A stretch of 64,000 bases of DNA, taken from contig NMRA01000372.1 of NCBI GenBank assembly GCA_002633005.1, positions 1-64,000 on the forward strand. The letters are read 5' to 3'. The DNA comes from Phoronis australis (lineage: Eukaryota; Animalia; Phoronida). The notes beneath the pieces were generated by a model. That model was not told where the DNA came from. It did not search any database and saw only the letters and a list, made by a program, of their open reading frames with translations. Both the position numbers and the translations under genes were made by a program. Positions 25,274 through 38,600 of this stretch are shown piece by piece (the first letter of the stretch is position 1; each line of letters begins with the position of its first letter).

Positions 25274-26490
25274 CTCGCTGGTTCCCTGCGTGCCGCTAGG
25301 TGGTCAGTAGCCAGCACGCAGCTATCACTTTCTCGCTGGTTCCCTACGTGCTCAGCCCAGCCAGCACGCAGGTATCACGCAGCGGAACGCGCTTTAGCAT
25401 TGGTCGATGTAATCTCGGCAGTCATTGGTTAGCTGTACAACACCGTGAAAAAATGGCGGACTGTGAACGATTTTTAGCCTTGTCATGCACTGTGGCGTCG
25501 CAGCAAGTATTTCGTTTCTGCAGTGATGTTTAATAGTCGCGTGCTTGAAGCACATACATGTACAATAAACACATATCTGGCCGATTAACCGGTGTGTTAT
25601 TCATACTGTATGAATACAGGACACTATCGTAAACAAAAGTCATCGACAGTAGAAAGATGCATTCCGTAAAGGTGCAATCACAATTTCTAGGCTTCACATT
25701 TCCTGAACATAAATTTTAAGCACCGATTTGTCTGAACAACAGACCACATTTACACTTCAGTCACTTTATTTGCGTAAAGCGCTGCCTGTTGAGAATTCGA
25801 CTAGCCAATCAGAAACGCCGGTGTAAAAAAAATTTACCGAGGAAAATTAAGTGATACCTGCGTGCTGGCGCGGCTACCGCCCCACCTAGCGGCACGCAGG
25901 GAACCAGCGAACTATCACTTTCTATATTCCTCGGGAAATTTTTTTACACTGGTGTTTGTGATTGGCTAGTCGAATTCTCAACAGGTAGCGCTTTACGCAA
26001 ACAAACTGGCATCATAGATACTCTATTGTCTATGCTGGCATGACTGATGGACTGAAGTGTAAGTGAGGTCTGTTGTACAGACAAATCGCTGTTTAAAATT
26101 TACGTTCAGGAAATGTGAATCCTAGAAATTGTCACGTGGTTGCGCCTTTTCGGAAGGCATCTTTTTACTGTCGTTGACTCTTGTTTACGATACTGTTCTG
26201 TATTCAAACAGTATGAATAATACACCAATTAAATCGGCCATATGTGTGTTTATTGTACATGTACGTGCTTCAAGCACGCGGCTATTAAACATCACTGCAG
26301 AAACGAAATAGTTGCTGCGACGCCATTTGCATGAAAAGGCTAAAAATCGTTCACAGTCCAACATTTTTTCACGGTGTTGTAAAGCTAACCAATGACTGCT
26401 GAGGTTACATCTACATGTACCAACGAATGCTTAAGTGTGTGCCACTGCGTGATACCTGCGTGCTGGCTTGGCACGTAGGGGACCAGCGAG
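25274..26490. mobile_element. MULE/Mutator-like MITE, family copy 1 (host of a nested copy)
   Basis: Termini CTCGCTGGTTCCC...GGGACCAGCGAG with a perfect 9-bp TSD CCGCTGAGC (25265-25273, 26491-26499). Confidence 0.85.
25332..25911. mobile_element. MULE-like MITE, family copy 2, inserted in opposite orientation inside copy 1
   Basis: Same TIR. 10-bp TSD CTATCACTTT (25322-25331, 25912-25921). The body matches 57330-57870 directly and 25922-26490 in reverse. Confidence 0.85.
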
Positions 26491-28327
26491 CCGCTGAGCA
26501 GGCTGGTCATGAGCCGCGTAGTGAACAAAAGTCGAGTCACTCGTCCTAGGAGGAAACATGGCACTGCCTGGAATACGGCATTTCATCTCGGGCAGGTCAC
26601 TCATCTTGTCCCAAATTATGATTAACTGAACATGGAATTTGATATATCAAAGGGTAGACGTTTGCATTCTCATTGCATTATCCGTGTCCTGAAATTCGTT
26701 TGCGTCAAATCGTTGAAATTTAAGACAGCATGAATGGTACACTGTACCTGAGGTCGTGTTCTGCGTTACCGCAATGCTTCACTTAACAATTATGTTTTGT
26801 AAAATGTGAACCGATAATGAGGCATCGGTATTTCAAACCGTAAAGTAAAAAATCTCCGTCACTTTGTGCAAAACAAGTATCATCTTTTTTCTACAGGTAA
26901 TGACACGTACCTGACGGAGATCAAGAGCAAAATGAACAACCACATATTGGATCGGGTGAGCTGAATTCGCCAAAAGAAGAGTAACGAAAACCTAAGCGTC
27001 ATCGCAGACGGATAGCTAGCTGCCAGTGAGAACGGAATGAATTTGCCTTTCTTACCCGCAACAGCTAGTCGAAATGCTGGCTTGCCTGTAAATTACCCCG
27101 TTCGTGTTAAATATTGTACACATTGTCGCAGTAGTCATGTGATACAACAATTAACTTTTATTGCTTTAATTGGCAAGCATCCACGTCACCTCGCCAAATC
27201 AAAAATCCTGCAAGTGAGTCATCAAAGTTTAGCTGAACAGAATTCTGTCCATAGTTATCGTATTTTAAGCACTACTGTACGTTTGATATTTGTATTCACA
27301 ATAATGGCAACAAAAAGGTTTGTTGCAACGTGGATTTACGAAGTTGACGAAGTAAGAATGCCAAGCATCTCCGAGCCATTTTACAAATACGGTCTGGGGA
27401 TTGACAAGATAGATTCGAAACTGCACTGACAAACGCACGTTGGAATGTTGTAGCACTTCAGTTGTTGACATTCTGATGTGTTCCGACAGATTGGGCAGTT
27501 ACGGGCTAAGAATGCAACAATCGTGTAAAGAGAATAATGCATCTCTTATGCAACGAACCATCTTAACATTGGAGTTGTAGAAACTAATGATTGGTATGTA
27601 AGCCGAGATACCCACGACACTAAAATTACAGCGTATAGGTTAATGCATGTAACCACTTCGGTTCAGAGATGATATCCTATGATTTAAGACGGCAATCGAC
27701 AATTATCTGAGGTGAAATCAACACGCACGAACGGCTTGGCCTAAGTTTTGCTCAGCAACATACTTTGTCTAGGTAAAGGAACCCGGGTCAACTTATTGGC
27801 GACGACGACGAGTTCTTTGCAAGGGTTGTCAAGATTGGTAGATTTACTCTACCTTTCGTGACAATGACTAAATCATTTACGGAAACATGGGGCAAACATG
27901 ACATTCAAAGTTCCCACGACCATTTTTTACGGAAAATGAACCTTAATAGTACGTAATGGTACATAATATGTTTTATATCGCTACCAAGCGTGGTGGACGA
28001 AAATTGAAAAGCTCTGCACTTTACAACGACAACTAACTCACACTCAGCCCCAACGGCTAGTCATTCTTCAGTGTATTTTGAGAAGGGCGGATAAACTATA
28101 TGTGGAACTGCAAATGACGTCATAACCAAAAGCTACAGCGAGTGACGGATGCAGGAGTTGGTATTGCTGAATTCGCGCTCGCTGGAAAAAGCTAACATTT
28201 TTATACCGAATATTTTTTCTACATGGTTTCCAAATGAGGAAATCTCAAAAGTGCACGGATATCCAAATTAATGTTGCAGACCTAAAATTTCAGTTATCAT
28301 TTCTGACGTCATTACGGAAGTTTTTAA

Positions 28328-31300
28328 AGGGCACTGTAGTCAAAATAATGTTGCAGTTAGTCGACTCCAACATACAAATAAAACTCACATCTGCCCGAAT
28401 TGCGTGCCAAACAAAAGCCAACTCGTATTCATGGTCAAAACACTGAAATCCTGACAGCAATCGCTGATTGGCTGATGTGTCAGTGACGTGCCTGGTGGGA
28501 TATCGCCTACTTTTCTCATTAATTGCTTATGCCATATTGTGATGAGTTTACATCGCATTTTATCCTTATATCAGTCGTTCTTATATTTTTACAGTTTGCC
28601 ACAGTGCTGTAAAAGGTTCGCCATGCCTTTTTGTATGGCTACTGGTTGTTCGAATTCTTCGAAAAAGGTGTCCTACTTCTAAGGAGATGGTCATTGCATA
28701 GGCCTACTATCGCCGGATTACCCAAGCCTTGGCCCAAAGCTGTATAATAAATATACAGGTTTGTGCCGATATGGTAAAAAATGGACAAATAAAATCTGAC
28801 TCAAAATCAGACAAAAGTTTCTTTAAAGCTACTCTCATCCTTGAGTAGGCCTAAACTAACTTATTTATCGGTGTTAGAAAACTTAGTAGTCGTTGATCGG
28901 CTGCTGCCAAAATTCTGGTGCGTACTCTTGAGTCGGCTTTTGGCGATTACGTCACCTGACCTTTACCAGTTTCTTTTCCAACGATTCTTTTATCAACTGT
29001 TCGTCGCTCCCGGCACAAGGTTGCGTACATGTCACAACAAATTATCGGAACTTGTTTCATTTCGTTACAAGTTTTTCGTATTTTTATACCGGCCAACCGA
29101 ATTTTAGAACAAACCTTGCTGCAGCGAAGCTCGTCATCATCTGCCGAAAGACGTCGCAAAATTTTAGGAAATGGCGCGTGCGCCGTATCACGAGTGTGCT
29201 GTTTTTGACACGGACGACACACTTTTCTTTGTTACAAAAGACGATGAATTATGCTAGAAAACGACATTTATTTCATTGTTTCCACTTAATCGGCTGCAAC
29301 GAATCACAGGCGCTTGGGTTTATCGCAAATGACGTCACAATATATGTATAAGAAAACATAAAGGTTGGACACTTAAACTTTGCAAAGCCGAGGCTCCCAA
29401 CTTCAACCGTCCAAAATCCAAATAAAATCTGCGTGCACCTCCCTCAGTCTGGTGTTGCATAAACCTTCGAAGCCTTATCTTTCCTAGATCCCATTAACTG
29501 TCTTCGTGAGTGGTGAATTGGCGATGGAATTTCCAAAACAATCTCAAAACTCTGAATTCAAGGACCTGAAATAGTAAACATGGCGGATTTCTGTTGTGCT
29601 TCAACTTGTACGCCTGACGTAGGTGAAACTTCAAGTTTGAGCAAGCAACCTATATTTCAAATTCAATAACTCTAATCCAAAACTCAACTAATTGAGAATG
29701 TNACATCAGTGCAATTTTTCTGTAAAGCTTCAAAACGTACTCCAAAGACATTTTTGGTAATGCTCTGAGGAGGCCCAGGCCTTATGAGCTCCCTAAATTA
29801 TAATGTAAGAGAGGTTTGTCACTTTTGATCAATCCTTGCGTAAACGCTTAGTTGTTTTGCGCAAAATAGTGTACATACACACGATGGCGCAGCCTAAATC
29901 TACTTACTTATAATCACCACAGGGAACAGACCAAAGATTTCAGATTCTTCGCACCTGATTCCTTTATAGTCATCTGTACATCTGAAATACATATACCTCA
30001 CTTCAGCCATAATATCTAACAGCACGATTTTTCTCCAATGCCCTTAATCTATCCACGCGATTTGAGTACCGGCATATACTTTTGATAACGGCAAAGGTTT
30101 ATGAATAGTCCATATATACAGAACATGACGTTCCGTGACTAAGTGACCCACACTCCTGACAATAGAACCCGTTCAACAGAAAGCAAATAACAATGTAAAC
30201 TTATGTGCATTCACGTTAACGTACTCTCTCCCTAAATTTAGTAGAACAGGGCCATTGGAAGCCGCTCGTGGAACCATTTCCGTGACAACGATAGCACCCT
30301 CACCTATTTCGGATCATGTTCTTACGCCACTTCTTGTTTTTAACCACCCGGCTTGAGCCAGAGCAGATTCGTGTGTAGTAAGTCTTATAAGAAAGTCACT
30401 CAATGACGCAATATGATTAAGAAATGTGTAAATAGCGCAGATACACATCCATTGGCACATGTAGTGGGTCAAGGGGGTGTGGGGGTCGAGAGGTTTTAGC
30501 ACAATCCCAGCAGAAGAAATCACTGTATTATTGACTGTGTCCATTTAACAAAGCCGAGACGAGTCGAGAAAGGTTTTATCGATTCATTGCAATGTTCCTC
30601 GTTCAGTATGTGGTATAAATAGATTATTACATGTTCCCAGGCGTAATCCTCCTTATCTAGAGCCCTCCTGGGCGATAATTCTCCAAATTCCACTCGGTCT
30701 CTAGAATACGGGGGATAACGACTTCGTCACGTAATAATCTATAGTTATTTCATTGTTTTCCACTTAAACAGCTGCAACGAATAAGGTGAGTGTCGGTTGA
30801 CTACCAGATTTTGCATCCACCCCCGCCAGTCCGTTAGCTCTGCATGTTGATGTAAGTTTTACGACGAGGTGATGAGCACAAGTTAACCATACCCGGGTAG
30901 TCAAGGGGCTTTGTGAAATTTCAGGGTCTAACGGAGCTCAAAACATATTGGTACGATAGTCTTCATGCAGTTATTGCCGGTAACTAGCCCTTCAAGTTTA
31001 CGGAGATGAGAATTGGCTGGCAGCTGGCTGGCTGGCTAGAGTCCACACTGCCCCCAGTCACACCAACACGGACAGGTTGCACCGGCAAATTTTCGTCTGA
31101 CGATGAAGACGACAGGGTACGTATCATTTTGTGTAACCTCGGCTCAAACAGGTGTCCCTGGTGACGCGACATTTCACATTAAAATTTCTCGTTCAGACAA
31201 TTTGAAGAACGCCACTTGACTGCACGCTAAAATAAGATACTGATTTTACCCCACCAAGTACGTCACGAGAAGCGGGTGAATTTTTTAGCTTCGTTAGAAG

Positions 31301-31398
31301 ACATAAGTTTATTTTTTAATGTTGAATTATTTTGTTAAACTAATTAACAATTCATAGAAATCTATGCAAAATATATTCAGAAAAAATGTAGTTCCCTC
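28328..31398. mobile_element. Kolobok-like DNA transposon remnant(s) with a THAP start
   Basis: TTAA|AGGGCACT at 28324 and AGTTCCCTC|TTAA at ~31400. A THAP-type N-terminus MPFCMATGCSNSSKK lies at 28623 (+), and a convergent MSRHQGHLFEP start at 31172 (-). An n-join at 29702 means the two ends may belong to different copies. Confidence 0.4.
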
Positions 31399-32552
31399 TT
31401 AAAAGCTAGTTTTATTGGTTCGCCACGGTGTGAACATAATAGATAGTAAGACGTTAAGTGTGTGAATACAACGATAATACGATACAGATATACATTCATA
31501 TACATACACAAACATATTTTACATATTTGGTAAGATGCATGCCAGTTTTTGGTCCTTAAATTGAAGTCAAGAGAGATAGCTTATAAAGAATTTGTTCTTT
31601 GTTATTCTCACGGAGGCTCAGTTGAAAATTGGGGCACAATTCATCATCTTGCAATCATGTTCAATACGTGAAGCCTCTTCTGTCATGGAGGTAGAAAAAC
31701 ACAATACGTGACTGATCTACTTTTCAAAATGTCAAATATTTTGAACGATAGACACTATAATAAGACCATATTAATCGCCTATTTCCGACAACACGTACAC
31801 CTATACTGTAAGCCTAAGACGAGGTGCCTGTCATCACAAATTGCTTCAAGTACATGGTGTTGAGTTGCATGAGATGTAGCTGCCATAGAACTGGAAAAAA
31901 GTAAAATGGAACGTGACTAGTGATACTGCAATACTAATTATCATTGATATCAAAATACAAAATACTACTTTCATGGTCATAGACGTATGTAGTGTCCCTG
32001 TATTTTGAAAACCAGTCTTCTCCACTCCATAAGGGGCTTGAAACTGGTTCTCAAAATCCGGGACTCCCGTACACTGTATGTCATTTTTACACAAATGTGC
32101 AATGCTCTCACAAAATCGAGTGTGAGTCGCCTATGCACTTGTCATGATACTCCAACACCTGGCACCGCTGGGTGAGTGTGCAGCAACCTTCAGTCGCAGA
32201 GGGCTCACCGTTCACTTTACGTTATCACACGAGAAATGACCCCGATTTACAGGTCTCTGTTTCTACCAGGACGACATTCAGAACGCTGTCCCCAAGGCAA
32301 GACTTTCAAAAAAATCACCTTCCCTCAAACTAAAGCCTCCCATTCAAAGGAAGCGTGCGTAGGAGTATATGATTACTCAATTTGAAACCCTTTCCCTAAG
32401 AACAAAGGCCCGAGTTTACACAATGGAGTTTGGAACGTCGCGTGCTTGAGAAACTTGGACAATACGAAATATACCCTCATCTTCTCAAAAGTGTAGTCTT
32501 ACACCAGAATGAAGTGGTCTATCGATACCTGTTAGCTGACTTTAATTGGTTT

Positions 32553-32698
32553 TCATATTTTTGTGATTTCATTCTGATCGTTAACATTATGATCCAAAAC
32601 TTGGTCGAATCCATCTTCAGGAAGAATGAAGAATTTATCATCGTCGAACATCCTGTCTTCCTTTGGCTGATCAAAATATGGAATCTTCAGAATAAGCC
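32553..32698 (-). CDS. Rh50: Rh transporter exon 9 (terminal)
   Basis: ttccAG|[25 protein letters not shown]...EITKI, stop TGA at 32553-32555. Confidence 0.85.
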
Positions 32699-35600
32699 CT
32701 GGAAAAATCGAACAGATTTATGTAAACAGTCACCGCCCGTAAACTGTCTACGGTTTCCATGGCAGGACCATGATTTCACAGCCGAAGTAAAGCGAGTTTC
32801 ATCATTCCTAAAATCTGTCAGTACAAATAGGCCAACAGAATGAGAAATGATGTCACCTAAAGGCGGTTTGAAGAAAACAAACGAGTTCGTGTTTTGACAT
32901 TTTGACGAGAGTGGACGTGTGAACCAATGTGGACTCAGATCAAGGAACATTCCACAAGTAAGTACACGAAAATGTATTTTTTGGATTGGCAATAACATGA
33001 CATGGTTATAATATATAATTGTGCAGTAATAAATCATCGCGTTGATACGGTGTAAGTAAGAATTATAAGTCTTCCTATGAGCTAAACAGTTTTAGTTAAA
33101 AAGCAAAGTTAAAAGGGAAGGACAGCTGGCAAAATTTCATTATGAACCCCGACAGTGATATCTTTTACTAGACGAAGTTTCGGGGGGGTGATTTGCGTGA
33201 TCTCACCAAATTCGCAAGATACCAGCCTGGTGAAATTGTGTCCGTTTTTGACCTGCTGTGCGAATGAATGCGTAAACTTTGATAAAGTGCACTTTGTGGT
33301 GCTCAGAAACGCATGTCGAATGAAACAGAATCAATACTTGGGAAGAAGGCTTTATGCGGTTCACAGTTCACTAAAAGCACACTGAAGAGATGTCATCCAC
33401 ACGAGTTACTTTAACTTTTGTAACTTTCGTCACCATGCCCGCAAGCTGACACAATTTCAGTCTTGTACCAAGAGTCAGCTATTTGTTGTAAAGCGGCTAT
33501 AAACCTACGTTCCGAACCAGAAGCGCGCCACCTTTTGATTTACACCAACTACTCCAATGGAACTAGACTCAATTTGTTTCTGACTCAGATAAGAAGTGAA
33601 TTTTTGAGCTTATAAAGAAGTAACAGGTCGCTATTAGTTGAGATCAAGCTTCGCGCACGAATTGATACACCATGACAGGCCAGGCAGTAAGGACAAACTG
33701 AAGTGGATGCAGACTCCCTATAGGTGGATCCCTCCTTCTGCTGTTGAAAAACCTTGTACATGGTTTCAGTGCAACATATAATGGTTACTTGGCCAAATCT
33801 ATAAATTTCCATTTCAATTTACGAGCTCAAACCAAATGAATCTATGTGGACGGGCATGAAGATTTACCTACCCGTCAAAAGTCCCCCAACGATTGCCATC
33901 GCCATGGTAACCACTAGGTTGAGCATTTGATAACCTCCCTGCACGAGAGCATCCCTGCCATCGCCCGCTGAAAGATTGGGGATCTGGCTGCTCAAGTTGT
34001 CGAATTCTGTTGTGTTAGCCAGAGGAACACGGGCAGGAAAGATGGTGTACAGACTGTAAGATGAAAGACGAACATAAGACCATAACGATATAAATGATAT
34101 TTGCAAATACTAGATAGGAGGGATATATCTATTGTTTTCTGAAAAACTTTGTATCCAGTCCAGAAAAAAAAAACGATTAAATGATCTGTGAACTAAAATT
34201 TGTTCCTATACCCATAGAAGACATTAAACGGAGCAAATGCATAAATGCACGTATGATTTGTTTTGGGACAGCAACGGTTTTCCCTGTTGGAACCGGATGA
34301 ATCCAACACATCACAATACTGTTTTCAATCATACTCCTTATTCGAATGATGCTGTCGTTGGATTCTAGACGACACAACTCAACTGCAAATACGTTTTTCT
34401 TAGGTGTATAGTTGCTATTTTATCTTCACTAAGGTTGTCATAGGCTCTCACCTGAGTCCATATTGTTGGGTAGTTGCCAAAGCGCAAGCGATGGCGCCGG
34501 CAATGGCCGCCAAGATTCCCGGCAAGCCGTGCAGGTTGTGAACACCACACGTGTCATGAACTTTCAGCTTGGAGCTCATCGCAGGCTGAAAGTAGGGCGC
34601 CAGCTCTTTAATACCTTATCATGTTGCAAAACAAACTCAATCGCGCGAAGTGTCACCTCAACTGTTCTTATCTACCAACACATTATACCCAGTCCTGCTT
34701 GAATGAATCAGATGAATAATGCAGTTTATTGTTAACTTCAAGTGATTTCTCTTACACTTCCCATAATGGACATACGGAAGCCACGTATCTTTAAATGTTT
34801 GTATGCTACTTAAACTTCACAATCGTGTATCCTCTGTACATGCATGTTACGGGTTATTACATTTACAGTAGAAAGAAATTGGAAAGTTAAATGAATTGTG
34901 TATGCCAATAAGCGTCATGAAATAAAGACGCACGCTGTAAACACAACAATAGGCAAAAGTCTTGCGAGTTTTCAAAAGAGCAATTCATTTAGATGACCAT
35001 AAATTGCACCTCAGTAAGGAATGAGTAACAAAGACATTAATTACTGTTATAAACTTGTATCCGATAACCGAGATCACTGCAGCAACAATGCCAATCAAAA
35101 CGGCCCCCCATGGCTGTATCATGAGGTCCGAGCACGTGCCAACAGCAACGCCCCCTGCAAGAGTCGAGTTTTGAATGTGGACCTAAAACATCAAACGTTT
35201 TTAGCAATAACAAAACTGGATTGCAATTAAATTGAAATTAAAACAAAAATTCAACAAATATTACAAAAATTGTCGCTAGAACAAACACATTGTTGTATGG
35301 CTAACTAGAACAATGGAGCAGTTTCCGTAACACCTTTTTGAAAGTAGTCACTAAAACATGGCTACAGGTTTACATACTGTTCTGCCCACATCCATCCACC
35401 CATCCATCCACCCATCCATCCACTCACCCACCCATCCATCTATCCACCCATCCACCCACACATCCATCCATCCCTCCACCCATACATCCATCCAAACATT
35501 CAACAATTTTCCACCCATCTTCACATTCGACCAATCACTAATCACTTTACTCACGCACCCACCCAATATCCACCCATCCACCCACCTATTCATCAATTCA

Positions 35601-38600
35601 TTCAACTCTCTCTTCCAACCCACCACTACAACTACCCATCCCTTATCACCGATACATCTATTCACCCATCTACCCATAGCCCCAGTCATCAATCCATCCA
35701 TCTCCCCATCAAGCCTTACACCAATCATTCTAACCACCCAGTCACCCACCTACCGACCCACCCACCATACCATCCAGCCAACGCTCTTCCCACCCACAAA
35801 TCCAACAACCCATCGCCTACTACCTATTCACCTATTCCTCCATACTTTCATCCAGACATCCGTCAATCAACCCAGGCATTCGTACATTTATGCAATTATC
35901 GATTCACACGCTCATTAATCCAGTGTCCCGTCTACACACCCGTTTTCCCACCTGTCCAAACATTTACCTGTTCGTCTAAGCATCCTTCAACTCATCCATC
36001 CATGTTTCCGTCTTTTCATCCTTACTTCACCTATCCATCAACTTTTACACGTCCCTATGTCCACCCAACCACCCAACCACCAATTTATCGACTCCTTCAA
36101 CCATCCAAGTATCTAGTACATCGTTATTTCCAGAGCAATCCATACCATGTCGAATTTTGAGGTCTTGCCTCCGACGGCAGAGGATATGATAAACGCTACC
36201 ACGGTACACGACGCCAAGGCAAGATAAGTATTGATGACCGCTCGGTGTTGGGCGTCGCCAGGCGCGAGAGCACCGTTGAAGCTTGGCCAGTAGAGCCAGA
36301 GAAAGATAGTTCCTAAGAAAGACAGTTTAAAGAGTAACGTGTCTTCCATGCTGTAGCAGACATGACAACGTTTGTGGGTCAGGTCAGCTAAGGCCCATAT
36401 GTAGAAAGTTTTCTAAATCATTCTGCGATAGCTCTATGTTTTCTTGGAACTTTCTTTCTCCCATTCAGCACAGGCCCATAATTACATGTATGTAGATACT
36501 TTTCTAAATCATTCTGCGATGTCTCTACGTTTTCTTGTAAATTTCTCCCCATTTCAAGTATTAAGATATGGCAAAACTTTGCACATGTAGTTATATCGAA
36601 CTGTACATTTAAAATGTCGTTGAATTACTCGTCATCAAAGGATGACTGATTGTGAGGTGAACTTGCCTTTGCTGGCAATCGATAGATTTTGCTTTCCTTA
36701 GCTGTTTCATGTCGTATGCAGTGACGGAAAATGGGACGAAAAAACCCGTTAATTACTTTTTGTTATTTTTGCCAACAATTTAAAGACCTCCAGTCACGTC
36801 ACTTTAACTTGCGTCTTCGTAATCAAAATACAGAAAATAGTATGGCAAAAAGTGAGTCGTGTATGATCTACACTCTGTGATGCACGTTTTTCCAGTCGCA
36901 GATGCGGTAGCACACGATTTCGGACATTTTGTAAAATTTCTCCAAGACACTTGGAAGAATCCAAAGTGGCCGGGCCAGAGCTTCACTCACCAATCATCGA
37001 AAATAAGTCTGCGTGGTAGACCGAGCACTCTTTCTTAGACTTCTCTACATCCTGGTCATAAAGGACTCGAGCGACGGCTATGCCGAAATAGGCGCCGAAT
37101 ACGTGAACAAACATCGAGCCTCCCATATCGACTACCTGAAATGAACGAAACGTTGAGGTTGCGCTCTGATGTAATTGCAGTAGAGCACTTTCGAAGCAAA
37201 TCTACAGCTTGCTTAGTCAATCTTATGCTATTACAGCGTTTTATNATTAATGTATGGCTAACTATAACAATGGAGCAGTTTCCGTAACACCTTTTTGAAA
37301 GTAGTCACTAAAACATGGCTACAGGTTTACATACTGTTCTGCCCAAATCTATCCATCCACCCACACACCCATCCATCCCTCCACCCATCCATCCATCCAT
37401 CCATCCAAACATTCAACAATTTTCCATCCATCTTCACATTTGACCAATCACTAATCACTTTACTCACGCAGCCACCCAATATCCACCCATCCACCCACCT
37501 ATTCATCAATTCATTCAACTCTCTCTTCCAACCCACCCCTACAACTACCCATCCTCTACCACCGATACATCTATTCACCCATCCACCCATAGCCCCAGTC
37601 ATCAATCCATCCGTCTCCCCATCAAGCCTTACACCAATCATTCTAACCACCCAGTCACCCACCTACCGACCCACCCACCATACCATCCAGCCAACGCTCT
37701 TCCCACCCACAAATCCAACAACCCATCCCCTACTACCTATTCACCTATTCCTCCATACTTTCATCCAGACATCCGTCAATCAACCCAGACATTCGTCCAT
37801 TTATGCATTTATTGATTCACGCTCTCTTTAATCTTTAATCCCGTCTACACACCCATTTTCCCACCTGTCCAATCATTTACCTGTTCGTCTACGTATCCTT
37901 CAACTCATCCATCCATGTTTCCGCCTTTTCATCCTTCCCTCACCTATCCATCAACTTTTACACGTCCCTATGTCCACCCAACCACCCAACCACCAATTTA
38001 TCGACTCCTTCACCCAAACAAGTGTCTAGTACATCGTTATTTCCAAAGCAATCCATACCATGTCGAATTTTGAGGTCTTGCCTCCGACGGCAGAGGATAT
38101 GATAAACGCTACCACGGTACACGACGCCAAGGCAAGATAAGTATTGATGACCGCTCGGTGTTGGGCGTCGCCAGGCGCGAGAGCACCGTTGAAGCTTGGC
38201 CAGTAGAGCCAGAGAAAGATAGTACCTAAGAAAGACAGTTTAAAGAGTAACGTGTCTTCCATGCTGTAGCAGACATGACAACGTTTGTGGGTCAGGTCAG
38301 CTAAGGCCCATATGTAGAAAGTTTTCTAAATCATTCTGCGATAGCTCTATGTTTTCTTGGAACTTTCTTTCTCCCATTCAGCACAGGCCCATAATTACAT
38401 GTATGTAGATACTTTTCTAAATCATTCTGCGATGTCTCTACGTTTTCTTGTAAATTTCTCCCCATTTCAAGTATTAAGATATGGCAAAACTTTGCACATG
38501 TAGTTATATCGAACTGTACATTTAAAATGTCGTTGAATTACTCGTCATCAAAGGATGACTGATTGTGAGGTGAACTTGCCTTTGCTGGCAATCGATAGAT

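Larger units (their letters stand above)
23850..27950 (+). pseudogene. Putative multi-exon pseudogene or spliced non-coding transcript, family unknown
   Basis: Canonical exon candidates 23850-23882, 26897-26955, 27490-27593 and 27773- have compatible phases. They read MFTG NDTYLTEIKSKMNNHILDR IGQLRAKNATIV*RE*CISYATNHLNIGVVETNDW*RNPGQLIGDDDEFFARVVKIG. Confidence 0.3.

Noticed and set aside
32430-32843. 137-aa + strand ORF
   Set aside because: Antisense to the terminal Rh exon, with no domain.
35338-37831. HPS-rich and WMDG-rich ORFs
   Set aside because: Products of the CCAT/CCAC low-complexity intron tract.
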